Below, one piece after another: positions 19,592 through 28,337 of a stretch of 61,733 bases of DNA. Position 1 is the first letter of the stretch. Every line of letters starts with the position of its first letter. Source of the DNA: a virus. Taxonomy: Duplodnaviria; Heunggongvirae; Uroviricota; Caudoviricetes. A program made the position numbers and the translations under genes. The notes beneath the pieces are model-generated. The model was not told the origin of the DNA. It saw only the letters and a list, made by a program, of their open reading frames with translations, and searched no databases. Location: IMG/VR virus record IMGVR_UViG_3300035208_003871. One strand, written 5' to 3'.

Positions 19592-19734
19592 CCAAGCAGG
19601 TTGGGTTGTTGAGAGTTACTTCAATTGATTTGAAATCGATAGCCGGGAAAGGAGGGATGAAATTATAATGCCCGGATTTGTGACGAAATGTCATATTCCA
19701 CTCCAAAACTCAAAGCAATTGATCTCCTGTTTGG
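19592..19734 (+). ncRNA. Y-RNA-like module U2 with Ser(UGA) anticodon-loop mimic
   Basis: CCAAGCAGG TTGGGTTGTTGA GAG TTACTTC ... CTC AAAGC AATT GATCT CCTGTTTGG; internal ATTGA-TTTGAAA-TCGAT. Confidence 0.8.
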
Positions 19735-19754
19735 AAAGTTAAGTTCAGTTAAAA

Positions 19755-19910
19755 GTTCAGTTAGTGTAAAGGTATCATATTGGCATAAAAAGAAACTCTA
19801 ATCGACTGATCTCCCAATGTTCTTTGTGATGTTTTTTCATTGGGTTGGGTAGATGTGAGATACTTCATATACAGGGGCCGATGATGGTGGTTCGATTCCA
19901 CCACTGAACA
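19755..19910 (+). ncRNA. tRNA-like scaffold carrying permuted Y-like module U3 in place of the anticodon loop
   Basis: GTTCAGT/ACTGAAC, D arm, TTGGC/GCCGA, GGTGG TTCGATT CCACC; 92 nt insert 19785-19876 has the 3' motif strand before the 5' strand. Confidence 0.8.
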
Positions 19911-19912
19911 TT

Positions 19913-19977
19913 TGATAGGTTGGGTAGTAAAGGGTTACTTCAAGGTTTTAGTCCCGATACAGACTGATCTCCTATCA
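19913..19977 (+). ncRNA. Y-RNA-like module U4 (minimal)
   Basis: TGATAGG TTGGGTAGTAAA GGG TTACTTC ... CCC GATAC AGACT GATCT CCTATCA. Confidence 0.8.
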
Positions 19978-20093
19978 GTAAAGTTTCCCAGTATAGCCAT
20001 AGGAAAATCTCAAAAGGATAGTTAAGACCGATTCAATATAGAGATCATTTGCTTTATGCAAAGTGGAGTAGTAAAATACTCCATTTTCATAAT

Positions 20094-20164
20094 GGTAGTT
20101 TAGCATATTGGATATGTACCTGCCTGCAGAGCAGAGGAAGCAAGTTCGACTCTTGCAACTACCT
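20094..20164 (+). tRNA. tRNA-Cys(GCA)
   Basis: GGTAGTT/AACTACC, loop CT GCA GA, U73. Confidence 0.85.
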
Positions 20165-20165
20165 T

Positions 20166-20238
20166 GTGATTGTAGCGTAATGGTTTAGCGTAACTGACTG
20201 TGACTCAGTTGGATTGGGTTCGATTCCCAACTATCACA
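20166..20238 (+). tRNA. tRNA-His(GTG)
   Basis: ACTGA-CT GTG AC-TCAGT, TTGGG TTCGATT CCCAA. Confidence 0.85.
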
Positions 20239-20370
20239 TTTTATGAAGTTTAAAAGTGGTGTAAAATACAACGTCGATTCCAGAGACTGGAAATATGGAT
20301 TTGCAAAAGATTCAAGAGTAGATCTCCATCCAACTAAAATGATCGCGGATACAGGTCGCTATACTCATAG

Positions 20371-20676
20371 ATGGGAAAGATATACGGACACTATATGGTT
20401 GAAAAAATGACAATTTATGAAAATGTATCAGTTTGGATAGATAAACAGGGATTTATCAAAACTCCTGATGGAAAACTTGGTCAGTACACTTACAACATCG
20501 ATCATCTCAATCCAAAAGATAAAGATATGAAAGGTCTTCAGTTTGTCGCAGATAATAACAAAGCGACAATTTATTTAGTTCGTGAATTCATTGCTATAGA
20601 TGCCGATTACCGAGAAGAGCATCCTCGTAAAGTAGATCCGAAAGATTGGTATCTTCTGGAAATAAAACCTCAGTAA
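20371..20676 (+). CDS. Hypothetical protein
   Basis: 101 aa ORF between tRNAs; start uncertain. Confidence 0.6.
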   Translation: MGKIYGHYMVEKMTIYENVSVWIDKQGFIKTPDGKLGQYTYNIDHLNPKDKDMKGLQFVADNNKATIYLVREFIAIDADYREEHPRKVDPKDWYLLEIKPQ

Positions 20677-20685
20677 AATTTTTGA

Positions 20686-20757
20686 GCTCCAGTAGTGTAA
20701 AGGTAATCATCGGTGATTCTCAGTCATTGAATCTGGGTTCAATTCCCAGCTGGAGTA
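20686..20757 (+). tRNA. tRNA-Glu(CTC)
   Basis: GCTCCAG/CTGGAGT archaeal Glu-like acceptor, loop TT CTC AG. Confidence 0.85.
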
Positions 20758-20770
20758 TTTGTGATACATT

Positions 20771-21229
20771 ATGAAACTTTCAGAAGCATTAATCAAACGA
20801 GCAGATCTTCAGAAAAGATATGCTGAACTAAAGAATCGAATTTTGAATAATGTCCAAGTGCAAGAAGGAGACACACCATCCGAAGATCCCGAAGTGTTAA
20901 TTGAAGAAGCATGTAGTGTGTTGTTTGATCTCAAAATGTATATTCAGATGATTAACAAGACCAATTCACGAACAATTATGAATGATGGATCGACTATCAC
21001 AAATGCAATCGCAATGCGGGATGCTCTTAAGTTAAAGCATGAATTATATTCATCAATCGCAAGTTCAGCAACTATAACTCCACGATTCTCACGATCTGAG
21101 ATCAAAGCAACAAGTGTTATTGATGTAAATAAATATCGAACACTTGCAGATGATACCGCAAAATCCTTCAGATTTTTGGATACCGAAATCCAGACAATGA
21201 ATTGGAATACTGAATTAATCGAAAATTAA
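20771..21229 (+). CDS. DIP1984-like (DUF6847) helical protein
   Basis: MKLSEALIKRADLQKR...VQEGDTPSEDP...IQMINKTN...RDAL...IQTMNWNTEL follows the family pattern as I recall it. Confidence 0.75.
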   Translation: MKLSEALIKRADLQKRYAELKNRILNNVQVQEGDTPSEDPEVLIEEACSVLFDLKMYIQMINKTNSRTIMNDGSTITNAIAMRDALKLKHELYSSIASSATITPRFSRSEIKATSVIDVNKYRTLADDTAKSFRFLDTEIQTMNWNTELIEN

Positions 21230-21241
21230 CCAAAATTAAGT

Positions 21242-21431
21242 ACAAGTTTGGTAGTTTGTAACGTAAAGTGATTGCACACAAATATTACAAATGGATATAT
21301 ATGCGAACGAAGGAACCAAGTAGCAAATTTACAAATCAGTTCCATATTGTTACCTGTGTAAAGTGCATCAATTAATGTTATTACCGGTGCTTTAGTTATG
21401 TTACAAACGAGGGTGGGTAAGGGGAACTTGT
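21242..21431 (+). ncRNA. Structured RNA candidate directly 3' of the DIP1984-like gene
   Basis: Nested stems ACAAGTT/AACTTGT, GTTTGTAACGTAA/TTATGTTACAAAC, TGATTGCAC/GTGCATCA, GGAAC/GTTCC. Confidence 0.55.
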
Positions 21432-21433
21432 TA

Positions 21434-21514
21434 AGGAATGTGCCCAAGCTTGGTAAGGGGATCGGCTCAAACCCGATTGTGCAGACCTCAGGGGTTCAAA
21501 TCCCTTCATTCCTA
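21434..21514 (+). tRNA. tRNA-Leu(CAA)
   Basis: AGGAATG/CATTCCT, ATCGG-CT CAA AC-CCGAT, variable arm. Confidence 0.85.
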
Positions 21515-21676
21515 TAAATTGTGAAAATATGATAAGACGATGCATTGTGCAATATGTGAAGAAATGTCCAATTCATCATGAAAATGATGTTAGTTTAGCA
21601 GATTATTGTGCTGATTGCGGATATAACAAAGGTATAAAATCACATTACATTTATTGTTCTTTTGGAGATGAAATAG

Positions 21677-22000
21677 ATGATGTTTAACCACAATGAAATA
21701 TCAGAATATACACACGATGAGACAATGAAGAAGGTAATTCCTTATATTACTTCCGATGTTACAATTGTGAAATTAGAAGTACTTGATTTTCAGGTTAATA
21801 ATACTGCACATTCTATGTCAAAGTTCGGAATTCCTGTTGGTCAATATTTTTATCAGGAAATGGCAATGCACATAGATAATATAGTGTCCAATACTACAGG
21901 TCATATAATGGCGTACTACGGTGGAGATAGAATTCCATCAATTGAGTTATGGGATTACACAAATGTACCGATATGCACCTTTTATTTTGTGGTGGTTTAA
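21677..22000 (+). CDS. Hypothetical protein
   Basis: GGAG leader; abuts the next gene. Confidence 0.6.
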   Translation: MMFNHNEISEYTHDETMKKVIPYITSDVTIVKLEVLDFQVNNTAHSMSKFGIPVGQYFYQEMAMHIDNIVSNTTGHIMAYYGGDRIPSIELWDYTNVPICTFYFVVV

Positions 22001-22987
22001 ATGGTTAAAGTATTTTATCATAATGATCCGGACGGTTGGTGTTCGGCGTATTGGGTTCGTAAACACCTCGAAAGTGAAAAGATTCCATTTGAGGCATCAG
22101 ATTTCATCGAAATGAACTACGATAAATCTTTCCCATGGGACAAAATTAATCACATGGGTGAACAAGTTTTCATGGTTGACTTCTCACTCAATGATCCTGA
22201 AGATATGATCAAACTTTCTAAAATGTGTGATTTTACATGGATCGATCACCATAAAACTGCCATCGATAAAATGGGTGAATTTTGTAATAAATCAGGATGG
22301 GAAGAACCTAAAGGTATTCGTATTGATGGTGTTGCAGCCTGTGCTTTAACATGGGTTTATTTACATGGAATTTCATCTGGAAAGTTCACATTAAAAGATA
22401 TTACAACTGCGCATCCAATAAGAGGCGATGTTGTTACCAGTGAGTATATTACTGTTGATACTAATGAGATTGTAATTAGAAAATATACATGGGAATTTGC
22501 GCCATTATTCACGCAATACATCCACCTATGGGATACTTGGCAATGGAAAAATCATCCGGATGCAATGGAAATTAATGAGTTTATCACTGCGTTAAATGCA
22601 TCAAATACACACCCATTATCTATAAATTGGGACGCTCTTAATGAAAGTCAGGAAGTAATCTGTACACTTGTGCAGTCGGGATCTGATATGATTCGATTTC
22701 GTGATGGATATGCAAAAGGGTTGTGTGATTCTATAGGTAAAGTTATCGAATTTGAAGGGCATCGATGTTTTGTATGTAACATGGGACACTGTAATAGCGA
22801 GTGGTTTAAATCAGTAGATCCTTCAACCTATGATATCATGATGCCATTTTATTACAATGTACAAACAGAGCAGTTTTGCATCAGTCTCTACAGTGATAAA
22901 GTAGACGTTAGTAAAATAGCGGTTAAATACGGTGGAGGAGGACATTGCGGAGCTTCTGGCTTTCAATGTAGAAACTTACCTTTCTGA
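22001..22987 (+). CDS. DHH/DHHA1 phosphoesterase
   Basis: YHNDPDG, VDFS, WIDHH and GGGGHCGASGF motifs. Confidence 0.9.
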   Translation: MVKVFYHNDPDGWCSAYWVRKHLESEKIPFEASDFIEMNYDKSFPWDKINHMGEQVFMVDFSLNDPEDMIKLSKMCDFTWIDHHKTAIDKMGEFCNKSGWEEPKGIRIDGVAACALTWVYLHGISSGKFTLKDITTAHPIRGDVVTSEYITVDTNEIVIRKYTWEFAPLFTQYIHLWDTWQWKNHPDAMEINEFITALNASNTHPLSINWDALNESQEVICTLVQSGSDMIRFRDGYAKGLCDSIGKVIEFEGHRCFVCNMGHCNSEWFKSVDPSTYDIMMPFYYNVQTEQFCISLYSDKVDVSKIAVKYGGGGHCGASGFQCRNLPF

Positions 22988-23219
22988 AATAGAAATATTT
23001 TTACGGTAATTTAATAATGACACGTATAAATGTATGTCCGGAATGCAAAACTGAAGTTAAGGAACCATTTTATGTAAATGTTATACAAGATAAGCGTTTA
23101 CCTAATGATTTTCATTATTTTTATCAATGTCCGAAGTGTAAGCGAGTCTTTGTAGAAGTAAATTAGAATGTAAACCCCAAATTATTTATAATTTGGAAAA
23201 CAACAGTTAATGCACATTT

Positions 23220-23339
23220 GCCAGTTTAGCAGAGTAGGAATGCATCCGGCCTGTATTTCAGATGTTCACAAAAAGTGAACAGATAGTAAAAAGTGAACAG
23301 GATACCGGAAGATCGGGGGAGCATAACCCTCAACTGGCT
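23220..23339 (+). tRNA. tRNA-Thr(TGT) with canonical 37/38 BHB intron (23256-23303), C33
   Basis: TCCGG/CCGGA stem; BHB central helix CCTG/CAGG, 3 nt bulges, TTCA/TGAA intron helix; U73. Confidence 0.85.
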
Positions 23340-23340
23340 C

Positions 23341-23412
23341 TCTGCCTTGGTCTAGCAGCAAGGATGATTGACTTTCTATCAATCTGCGTGGGTGCAATTC
23401 CCGCAGGCAGAA
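23341..23412 (+). tRNA. tRNA-Glu(TTC)
   Basis: TCTGCCT/AGGCAGA, ATTGA-CT TTC TA-TCAAT, T-loop TGCAATT. Confidence 0.8.
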
Positions 23413-23435
23413 TAAACGATATTAAACGATAACTA

Positions 23436-23449
23436 TTTTAAGCCGAAGT
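23436..23449 (+). promoter_or_regulatory. TTTTAAGCCGAAGT promoter motif
   Basis: 28 nt upstream of ATG 23464. Confidence 0.55.
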
Positions 23450-23463
23450 GCGTATATAATTAT

Positions 23464-23664
23464 ATGTCACGACTTGATGCACGTATGCAGATTTTTGCTG
23501 ATAGATTAACTGATTCACTTGGTTTAAAGAAAGGAACTCTTATTAAAGATGAAGATATCCAAAAGATTGCAACTGCAACCATGGGTCAGCAGATAACGAT
23601 TAATAACAAAACGATTGCCATTGCACCGGTTATGATTTTTCAGGCAAACAAAATCATGGAATGA
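23464..23664 (+). CDS. Hypothetical protein
   Basis: Follows the promoter motif. Confidence 0.6.
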   Translation: MSRLDARMQIFADRLTDSLGLKKGTLIKDEDIQKIATATMGQQITINNKTIAIAPVMIFQANKIME

Positions 23665-23749
23665 AATAAAGAACATAAATTTACTAAGTAAATTTAATTA
23701 TACACTTTAAAATAATTTATATATTTATAAAATGAATGTATAAGTTAAC

Positions 23750-24067
23750 ATGTTTCAGTACATTAGATTATTTTTATTCTTACAGTTTCTTGATTTAGTT
23801 ACCACATATGCTGATATCACATATGTTATCGGCACATCTGAAGGAAATACATTATGGTCATATTTACTATCGTATATGCCAATTAATATGTACATTATGA
23901 TGATTATAGGTAAATTTGTAGGAATAGTTATGCTATTAACATGCCTTTATATACTAACTATAATCTCAACAAATAAGATTTACAAAACCCTGAATACAGT
24001 AATATTAGCAATGTGTACATTCGTAGTAATTAATAATATAGCCATATTACTCACATATTTCCAATAA
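23750..24067 (+). CDS. Three-TM membrane protein (DUF5658-like)
   Basis: LQFLDLVTT...EGN...K motif with hydrophobic helices. Confidence 0.6.
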   Translation: MFQYIRLFLFLQFLDLVTTYADITYVIGTSEGNTLWSYLLSYMPINMYIMMIIGKFVGIVMLLTCLYILTIISTNKIYKTLNTVILAMCTFVVINNIAILLTYFQ

Positions 24068-24098
24068 TTTTATATTTAATAACGATTCAACTATTATG

Positions 24099-24172
24099 GG
24101 GCGTTTAGCATAGCTGGTTAATGCACTCGGCTCATACCCGAGAGATCATCGGTTCGAACCCGGTATCGCCCA
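24099..24172 (+). tRNA. tRNA with CAT anticodon (Ile2-like or elongator Met)
   Basis: GGGCG acceptor start, CTCGG-CT CAT AC-CCGAG; body resembles archaeal Ile2. Confidence 0.8.
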
Positions 24173-24173
24173 T

Positions 24174-24262
24174 TCGCCTGTAGCCTATAGGACTAAGGCA
24201 CCTGACTTCTAAGTTTATACGAAGATATCAGGATGAGGCGGGTTCAATTCCCGTCAGGCGAG
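24174..24262 (+). tRNA. tRNA-Arg(TCT) with 15 nt BHB intron (24212-24226)
   Basis: CCTGA/TCAGG stem; central helix CTTC/GAAG with 3 nt bulges. Confidence 0.88.
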
Positions 24263-24264
24263 TA

Positions 24265-24633
24265 ATGCAACAGAAAATTACCGGCAATGTATTAATTGTT
24301 GCTGGACCTCGTAACTTTTTTAATCGCGAAATAATTATTGAGAATTTAATCAATGCAATCTGTGACATTAAACCCACCAAGATTATTACCGGAAATGCAA
24401 CCGGTGTAGATCAAATTACTGCCGAATATTGCCATAGTTTAACCGAAATAGAATTTGAAGTGTTTCCTGCAGATTGGGATAAATATGGTAGATCAGCAGG
24501 CCCTCGTAGAAACTGGACTATGGCACTTGCAGGAACTCACCTACTAGCCTTTACAAATGGATCACCCGGAACAAGTAATATGATTTATTTTGCAAAACGT
24601 CATGATTTGGAAATTATCTTTGTAGATATATAA
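24265..24633 (+). CDS. SLOG-superfamily protein (DUF2493/YspA-like)
   Basis: IVAGPRNF, ITGNATGVD, FPADWDKYGRSAGPRRN, AFTNGSPGTSNMI. Confidence 0.85.
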   Translation: MQQKITGNVLIVAGPRNFFNREIIIENLINAICDIKPTKIITGNATGVDQITAEYCHSLTEIEFEVFPADWDKYGRSAGPRRNWTMALAGTHLLAFTNGSPGTSNMIYFAKRHDLEIIFVDI

Positions 24634-24722
24634 AATAAATTTATATACTTTGCCCGAAAATCTCCATGAAAATTAACTTTTTTAATAATTAACAAATAAT
24701 AGTTAACAAACCTATTATATAG

Positions 24723-24736
24723 TTTTAAGCCGAAGT
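24723..24736 (+). promoter_or_regulatory. TTTTAAGCCGAAGT promoter motif
   Basis: 21 nt before ATG 24744; heads the ligase operon. Confidence 0.55.
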
Positions 24737-24743
24737 ATAATGA

Positions 24744-24902
24744 ATGGGAAGAACGTGGCCAGAAGAAGATAAGAAAACATTAAGTGATCTCTACTTAATA
24801 GATCGGCTATTTGCACCTGAAATTGCATTACGAATGGGTCGCGGTGTCGGAGCAGTTCGTATGAAAATTACAGCAATGAATTTGTCCGGAGGTGGATTAT
24901 GA
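24744..24902 (+). CDS. Small HTH/Myb-like protein (below the ORF track cutoff)
   Basis: MGRTWPEEDKKTL...EIALRMGRGVGAVRMK; stop overlaps the ligase start. Confidence 0.6.
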   Translation: MGRTWPEEDKKTLSDLYLIDRLFAPEIALRMGRGVGAVRMKITAMNLSGGGL

Positions 24903-25789
24903 TTAAAAAACCAATGTTGTCGGTAAATGCAGAATTAGATAAAATAAGATACCCAGTACTTGGCACTCCCAAAATCGATGGAATACGCTGTTTGACTACA
25001 GACTTGGGCGCGGTATCTCGAAATATGAAACCAATCCCAAATGCGCATGTTCGTAATATGTTAAATGATCTTCCGGTTGGTTTGGATGGAGAATTAATAG
25101 TTGATAACAATTTTCATCAAACTTCTTCCGGGATCATGAGCAGGGATGGTGAACCAAAATTCACTTACAAAGTATTTGATTATATCATCGACGGTGATAC
25201 AACAATGCCATATAACGAGCGTATGACCCATCTCTTTGAGTTTGCTATGGAAGTTGAACCAGATCCACATTTAAGTGGGTTCATTCAATGTCTTCTCCCA
25301 ATCGAAATACAGACACAGAGTGAATTGTTTGATTATGAAGGAGTGTGTCATGAACTCGGTTACGAGGGCTGTATGATTCGCAAAGTAGATTCTCCATATA
25401 AATCAGGAAGATCTAGTGTTAAGGAAGGATATTTGTTAAAAATAAAGAGGTTCGAAGATGCAGAAGCAGAAATCATTGGGTTCGAAGAGTTACAACGTAA
25501 TCAAAATGCGGCGAAGCGTGACGTGTTCGGCCACATTGACCGGTCAACTTGCAAGGACGGAATGGTTGCAGGACAAACAATGGGCGCGATTAGGGTGCGC
25601 GATTTAAAAACCGGAGTAGAATTTTCCATCGGATCAGGATTTACTGCATCAGATCGTGAAACAATATGGAGTCATCAGGATTTCTACATTGGCAAAGCCA
25701 TAAGTTATAAATTTCAACCCTGTGGCACTAAGGATGCACCACGATTTCCGATATTCAAAGGATTCCGACATCCCAATGACATATCGTAG
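24899..25789 (+). CDS. lig: Minimal ATP-dependent DNA ligase
   Basis: Motif I KIDGIR, LDGEL, VFD, EGCMIR, LLKIK, C-terminal OB fold with IGSGF and RFPIFKGFR. Confidence 0.9.
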   Translation: MIKKPMLSVNAELDKIRYPVLGTPKIDGIRCLTTDLGAVSRNMKPIPNAHVRNMLNDLPVGLDGELIVDNNFHQTSSGIMSRDGEPKFTYKVFDYIIDGDTTMPYNERMTHLFEFAMEVEPDPHLSGFIQCLLPIEIQTQSELFDYEGVCHELGYEGCMIRKVDSPYKSGRSSVKEGYLLKIKRFEDAEAEIIGFEELQRNQNAAKRDVFGHIDRSTCKDGMVAGQTMGAIRVRDLKTGVEFSIGSGFTASDRETIWSHQDFYIGKAISYKFQPCGTKDAPRFPIFKGFRHPNDIS

Positions 25790-26154
25790 AATTTATTCTC
25801 ACATGCGAGGATTGCATGTAGAAAAACATCACTCTCGTGTTTTTCGTGGTATATACAAGTGGATATTATTATCACGAAGGGTTGCACCAAAACTTGGATG
25901 TAAGTATGATGATATTGGAGAACGTGGTCCCGGACGTAATATTAGAAAATTGCGTCCGTGGCGGATGCAATAATCTATAACTTTATTAACTTTTAAGACG
26001 AAGTGTTAGTATGGAATCAGAAGAAAATATAGAATCTAAAATAGTAGAATTACGAGAATTGCTTCGTGTTCCCGGAACCACACCATGCACAGCACGTAAA
26101 ATCGAAGGTCAAATAGAAATTCTCGAATGGGTAATAAGTAATATTGGTGAATAA

Positions 26155-26772
26155 ATGACAAATCCAGATATTGTTGAAATTGTTGCCATTGTTGATAGTT
26201 CCGGATCTATGCAAAGTATCAAGGGTGCAGCTATTGCGGGATTCAATGCATTACTTTATGATCAACAGACATTAATGAATGCAGCAGATGCTATCTTTAC
26301 ATTAGTATTCTTCAATTCTGTGCATTATATGGTCTATGATGCAGTTGATATTGGGGAAGTGAAACCGCTAACCCCAAACACTTACGAATGCGATGGTAAT
26401 ACTGCCATGTATGATGCAATCGGAGACACTATAACCCGCGTTCATAATAAATTCAAAGACATGCCAGAGGACGAAATACCCGGTACAATTTTATTTGTAA
26501 TTATTACCGATGGTGGTGAAAATGATTCTCACAATTACAAGGGAAGTTTACTAAAAGAAATGATAACGCGACTCAAAAGAGAAGATAACTGGATGTTCAG
26601 TTATCTTTCATCTACTAACAATCCCTATGATGAAGCAGAACAAATAGGTATTCCTAATGAAGATGTTCTAAAGCTAAGAACTGGAGCACAGGGTATGCAG
26701 GAAGGTTACGTAAAAATCAGTACTGCATACTCAAATTACCGGACTGGAAAATCCAAGAAAGTAAACCTTTAA
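26155..26772 (+). CDS. vWA domain protein (TerY-like)
   Basis: VDSSGSM MIDAS, TAMYDAIG, IITDGGEN. Confidence 0.85.
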   Translation: MTNPDIVEIVAIVDSSGSMQSIKGAAIAGFNALLYDQQTLMNAADAIFTLVFFNSVHYMVYDAVDIGEVKPLTPNTYECDGNTAMYDAIGDTITRVHNKFKDMPEDEIPGTILFVIITDGGENDSHNYKGSLLKEMITRLKREDNWMFSYLSSTNNPYDEAEQIGIPNEDVLKLRTGAQGMQEGYVKISTAYSNYRTGKSKKVNL

Positions 26773-26816
26773 AATTATTAGACAACCTTTAAATTTTTGT
26801 AAATCTAATTAAATTT

Positions 26817-26890
26817 ACCCGTATAGTGTATCGGATTAATCATTAGGGATCGCGAATCCCTAGAGCGGGGTTCAACTCCCCGTACGGGTG
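26817..26890 (+). tRNA. tRNA-Arg(GCG), C33
   Basis: ACCCGTA/TACGGGT, AGGGA-TC GCG AA-TCCCT, CGGGG TTCAACT CCCCG. Confidence 0.8.
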
Positions 26891-27171
26891 TCTTTTATGA
26901 TTAGGAAATTGTATTTTCTTTTATTTGGTAGGAATCGGCATCGATGGGTGAAATACTATTACAGATATAAAGACCCAATTCGGAATGGATGGGAGTTGTG
27001 TGAATTATGAATGTTAAACGGCGCGCGTGCTGGCATCTTATTGGTTATTGGTGTGCTCGTTGCAATCGAAAAATCGGGTGCAAGTATTTTAGTGGAACAC
27101 ATCCAAGTCCTAATAAATTCCACACTTGGTAAATAATAAATAATAAATGATAAACAAATACATTTATCTAT

Positions 27172-27185
27172 TTTTAAGCCGAAGT
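27172..27185 (+). promoter_or_regulatory. TTTTAAGCCGAAGT promoter motif
   Basis: Upstream of ORF 27191; 28 nt before ATG 27200. Confidence 0.55.
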
Positions 27186-27190
27186 ATAAT

Positions 27191-27997
27191 GTGATAAATA
27201 TGGTTGATATTGTAGCAGGATGTAAACGAGGATATAATTGGTTCAAGGGAATTCTCAAAGCAGTTTGGGAGTTGTTAAAAAAATTATTTCCCAGACCACG
27301 CAAGAGCAGTGGCAAAAATAGTGGAAAAAATAGTGGAAAAAGTCAGAAAAAGCAAAATTGTGGAGATCAACAAGATGATTCGGGACAAAACGACTCAGGA
27401 GAGGATGGAGATGGCAATCAGGAATGTGACGGAAGCCAGAGCGGAGGCAATAATGGTGACGAGAGCAATGGATCTTGTGACAGTGCTAATAAAGATGCAA
27501 CAGAGGAATCTGAGAATAATGCCGATGTATCCGGCACTTCAACCGAGCGCAGCGATCAAATCAGATCTGCGCAAGATACTGCGCGAGATAAGTTTCACAG
27601 ACGAGTAGAAGAGGCTGAAGAACGAGGAGAATTCGATACCGTAGATACTGAAGAATATGGTGCCATTGAAGATCCCAATTCCAATGAAGAAGCATTTGAA
27701 GAGTCTGAAGAATTAATTGAAGAATCTGATGAATTAGGTAAATCAGGTGAATCAGGAAGTGGTGGCAGCGATGAATTCTATGAACCAACCATAACCGGTA
27801 AAAAACTGAGTATGGTGGAAGCAGCATTAGCAGAAGCATTTACTAATGAGGAAACATCTGATGAGGAAACCGTAATTACAAACGGGACAAGCAGCGGAAG
27901 TGAAGTTGAATTGATTGACACTTCTGAATTACAGAATGCGCGCAGACTCACCGTTATTCCCAATCAAAGACGAGAAACTCGTGCTGTCTACGATTAA
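27191..27997 (+). CDS. Acidic low-complexity protein with amphipathic N-terminus
   Basis: WFKGILKAVWELLKKLF followed by a D/E/S/G/N-rich region; SGKN repeats. Confidence 0.7.
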   Translation: MINMVDIVAGCKRGYNWFKGILKAVWELLKKLFPRPRKSSGKNSGKNSGKSQKKQNCGDQQDDSGQNDSGEDGDGNQECDGSQSGGNNGDESNGSCDSANKDATEESENNADVSGTSTERSDQIRSAQDTARDKFHRRVEEAEERGEFDTVDTEEYGAIEDPNSNEEAFEESEELIEESDELGKSGESGSGGSDEFYEPTITGKKLSMVEAALAEAFTNEETSDEETVITNGTSSGSEVELIDTSELQNARRLTVIPNQRRETRAVYD

Positions 27998-27999
27998 AA

Positions 28000-28203
28000 T
28001 TGATAACCATGGCACAAATTAAAACTTACCCAACTTTAATGGCAGTTATTTCTGCTAATCATTATCAAATATGTAAATGGTATAGATTTCTTCGTTCTCC
28101 CGAAACATCCGAAGAAGTAGATATTAACAATGAAATTTGTGAAAGACTTAAAAAATTTGGTGGTTTTACTCCGGAGATATCTAAATCGATTGGATGGAAA
28201 TAA
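28000..28203 (+). CDS. Conserved phage-type hypothetical protein
   Basis: QICKWYRFLRSP...GGFTPEISKSIGW. Confidence 0.65.
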   Translation: MITMAQIKTYPTLMAVISANHYQICKWYRFLRSPETSEEVDINNEICERLKKFGGFTPEISKSIGWK

Positions 28204-28264
28204 AATACAACCAAATAACGAAAATTTTTAATATTAGGATATCAAACATTATTACGTAACATCT

Positions 28265-28336
28265 GCTTCATTGGGCCAAAAGGTAAGCTTGCTGGTTTGG
28301 GACCAGTAGAAGACGGAGCGTTACCGTCATGAAGCA
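28265..28336 (+). tRNA. tRNA-Pro(TGG), atypical T-loop
   Basis: GCTTCAT/ATGAAGC, GCTGG-TT TGG GA-CCAGT, GACGG AGCGTTA CCGTC. Confidence 0.8.
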
Positions 28337-28337
28337 T

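Noticed and set aside
19331-19977. CRISPR array interpretation of the clustered repeats
   Set aside because: Copies are bipartite, covary as RNA helices, vary in spacing and order, and are dispersed over 25 kb; there are no constant repeat-spacer units. The Cas4-like gene sits in the replication block with no other cas genes.
20244-20412. Protein-like open frame (SFKSGVKYNVDSRDW...) lacking an in-frame start
   Set aside because: An upstream ATG is out of frame by one base; I cannot distinguish a pseudogene, a sequencing error or chance without reads.
23245-23309. Reading the intron-containing tRNA as Tyr(GTA)
   Set aside because: The perfect TCCGG/CCGGA stem and BHB register place TGT at 34-36; G1-C72 and U73 fit Thr, and a proper Tyr exists at 31947.
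24899-25789. RNA ligase partner for Ro60
   Set aside because: The C-terminal OB-fold signature (IGSGF, RFP.F..FR) marks it as a DNA ligase.
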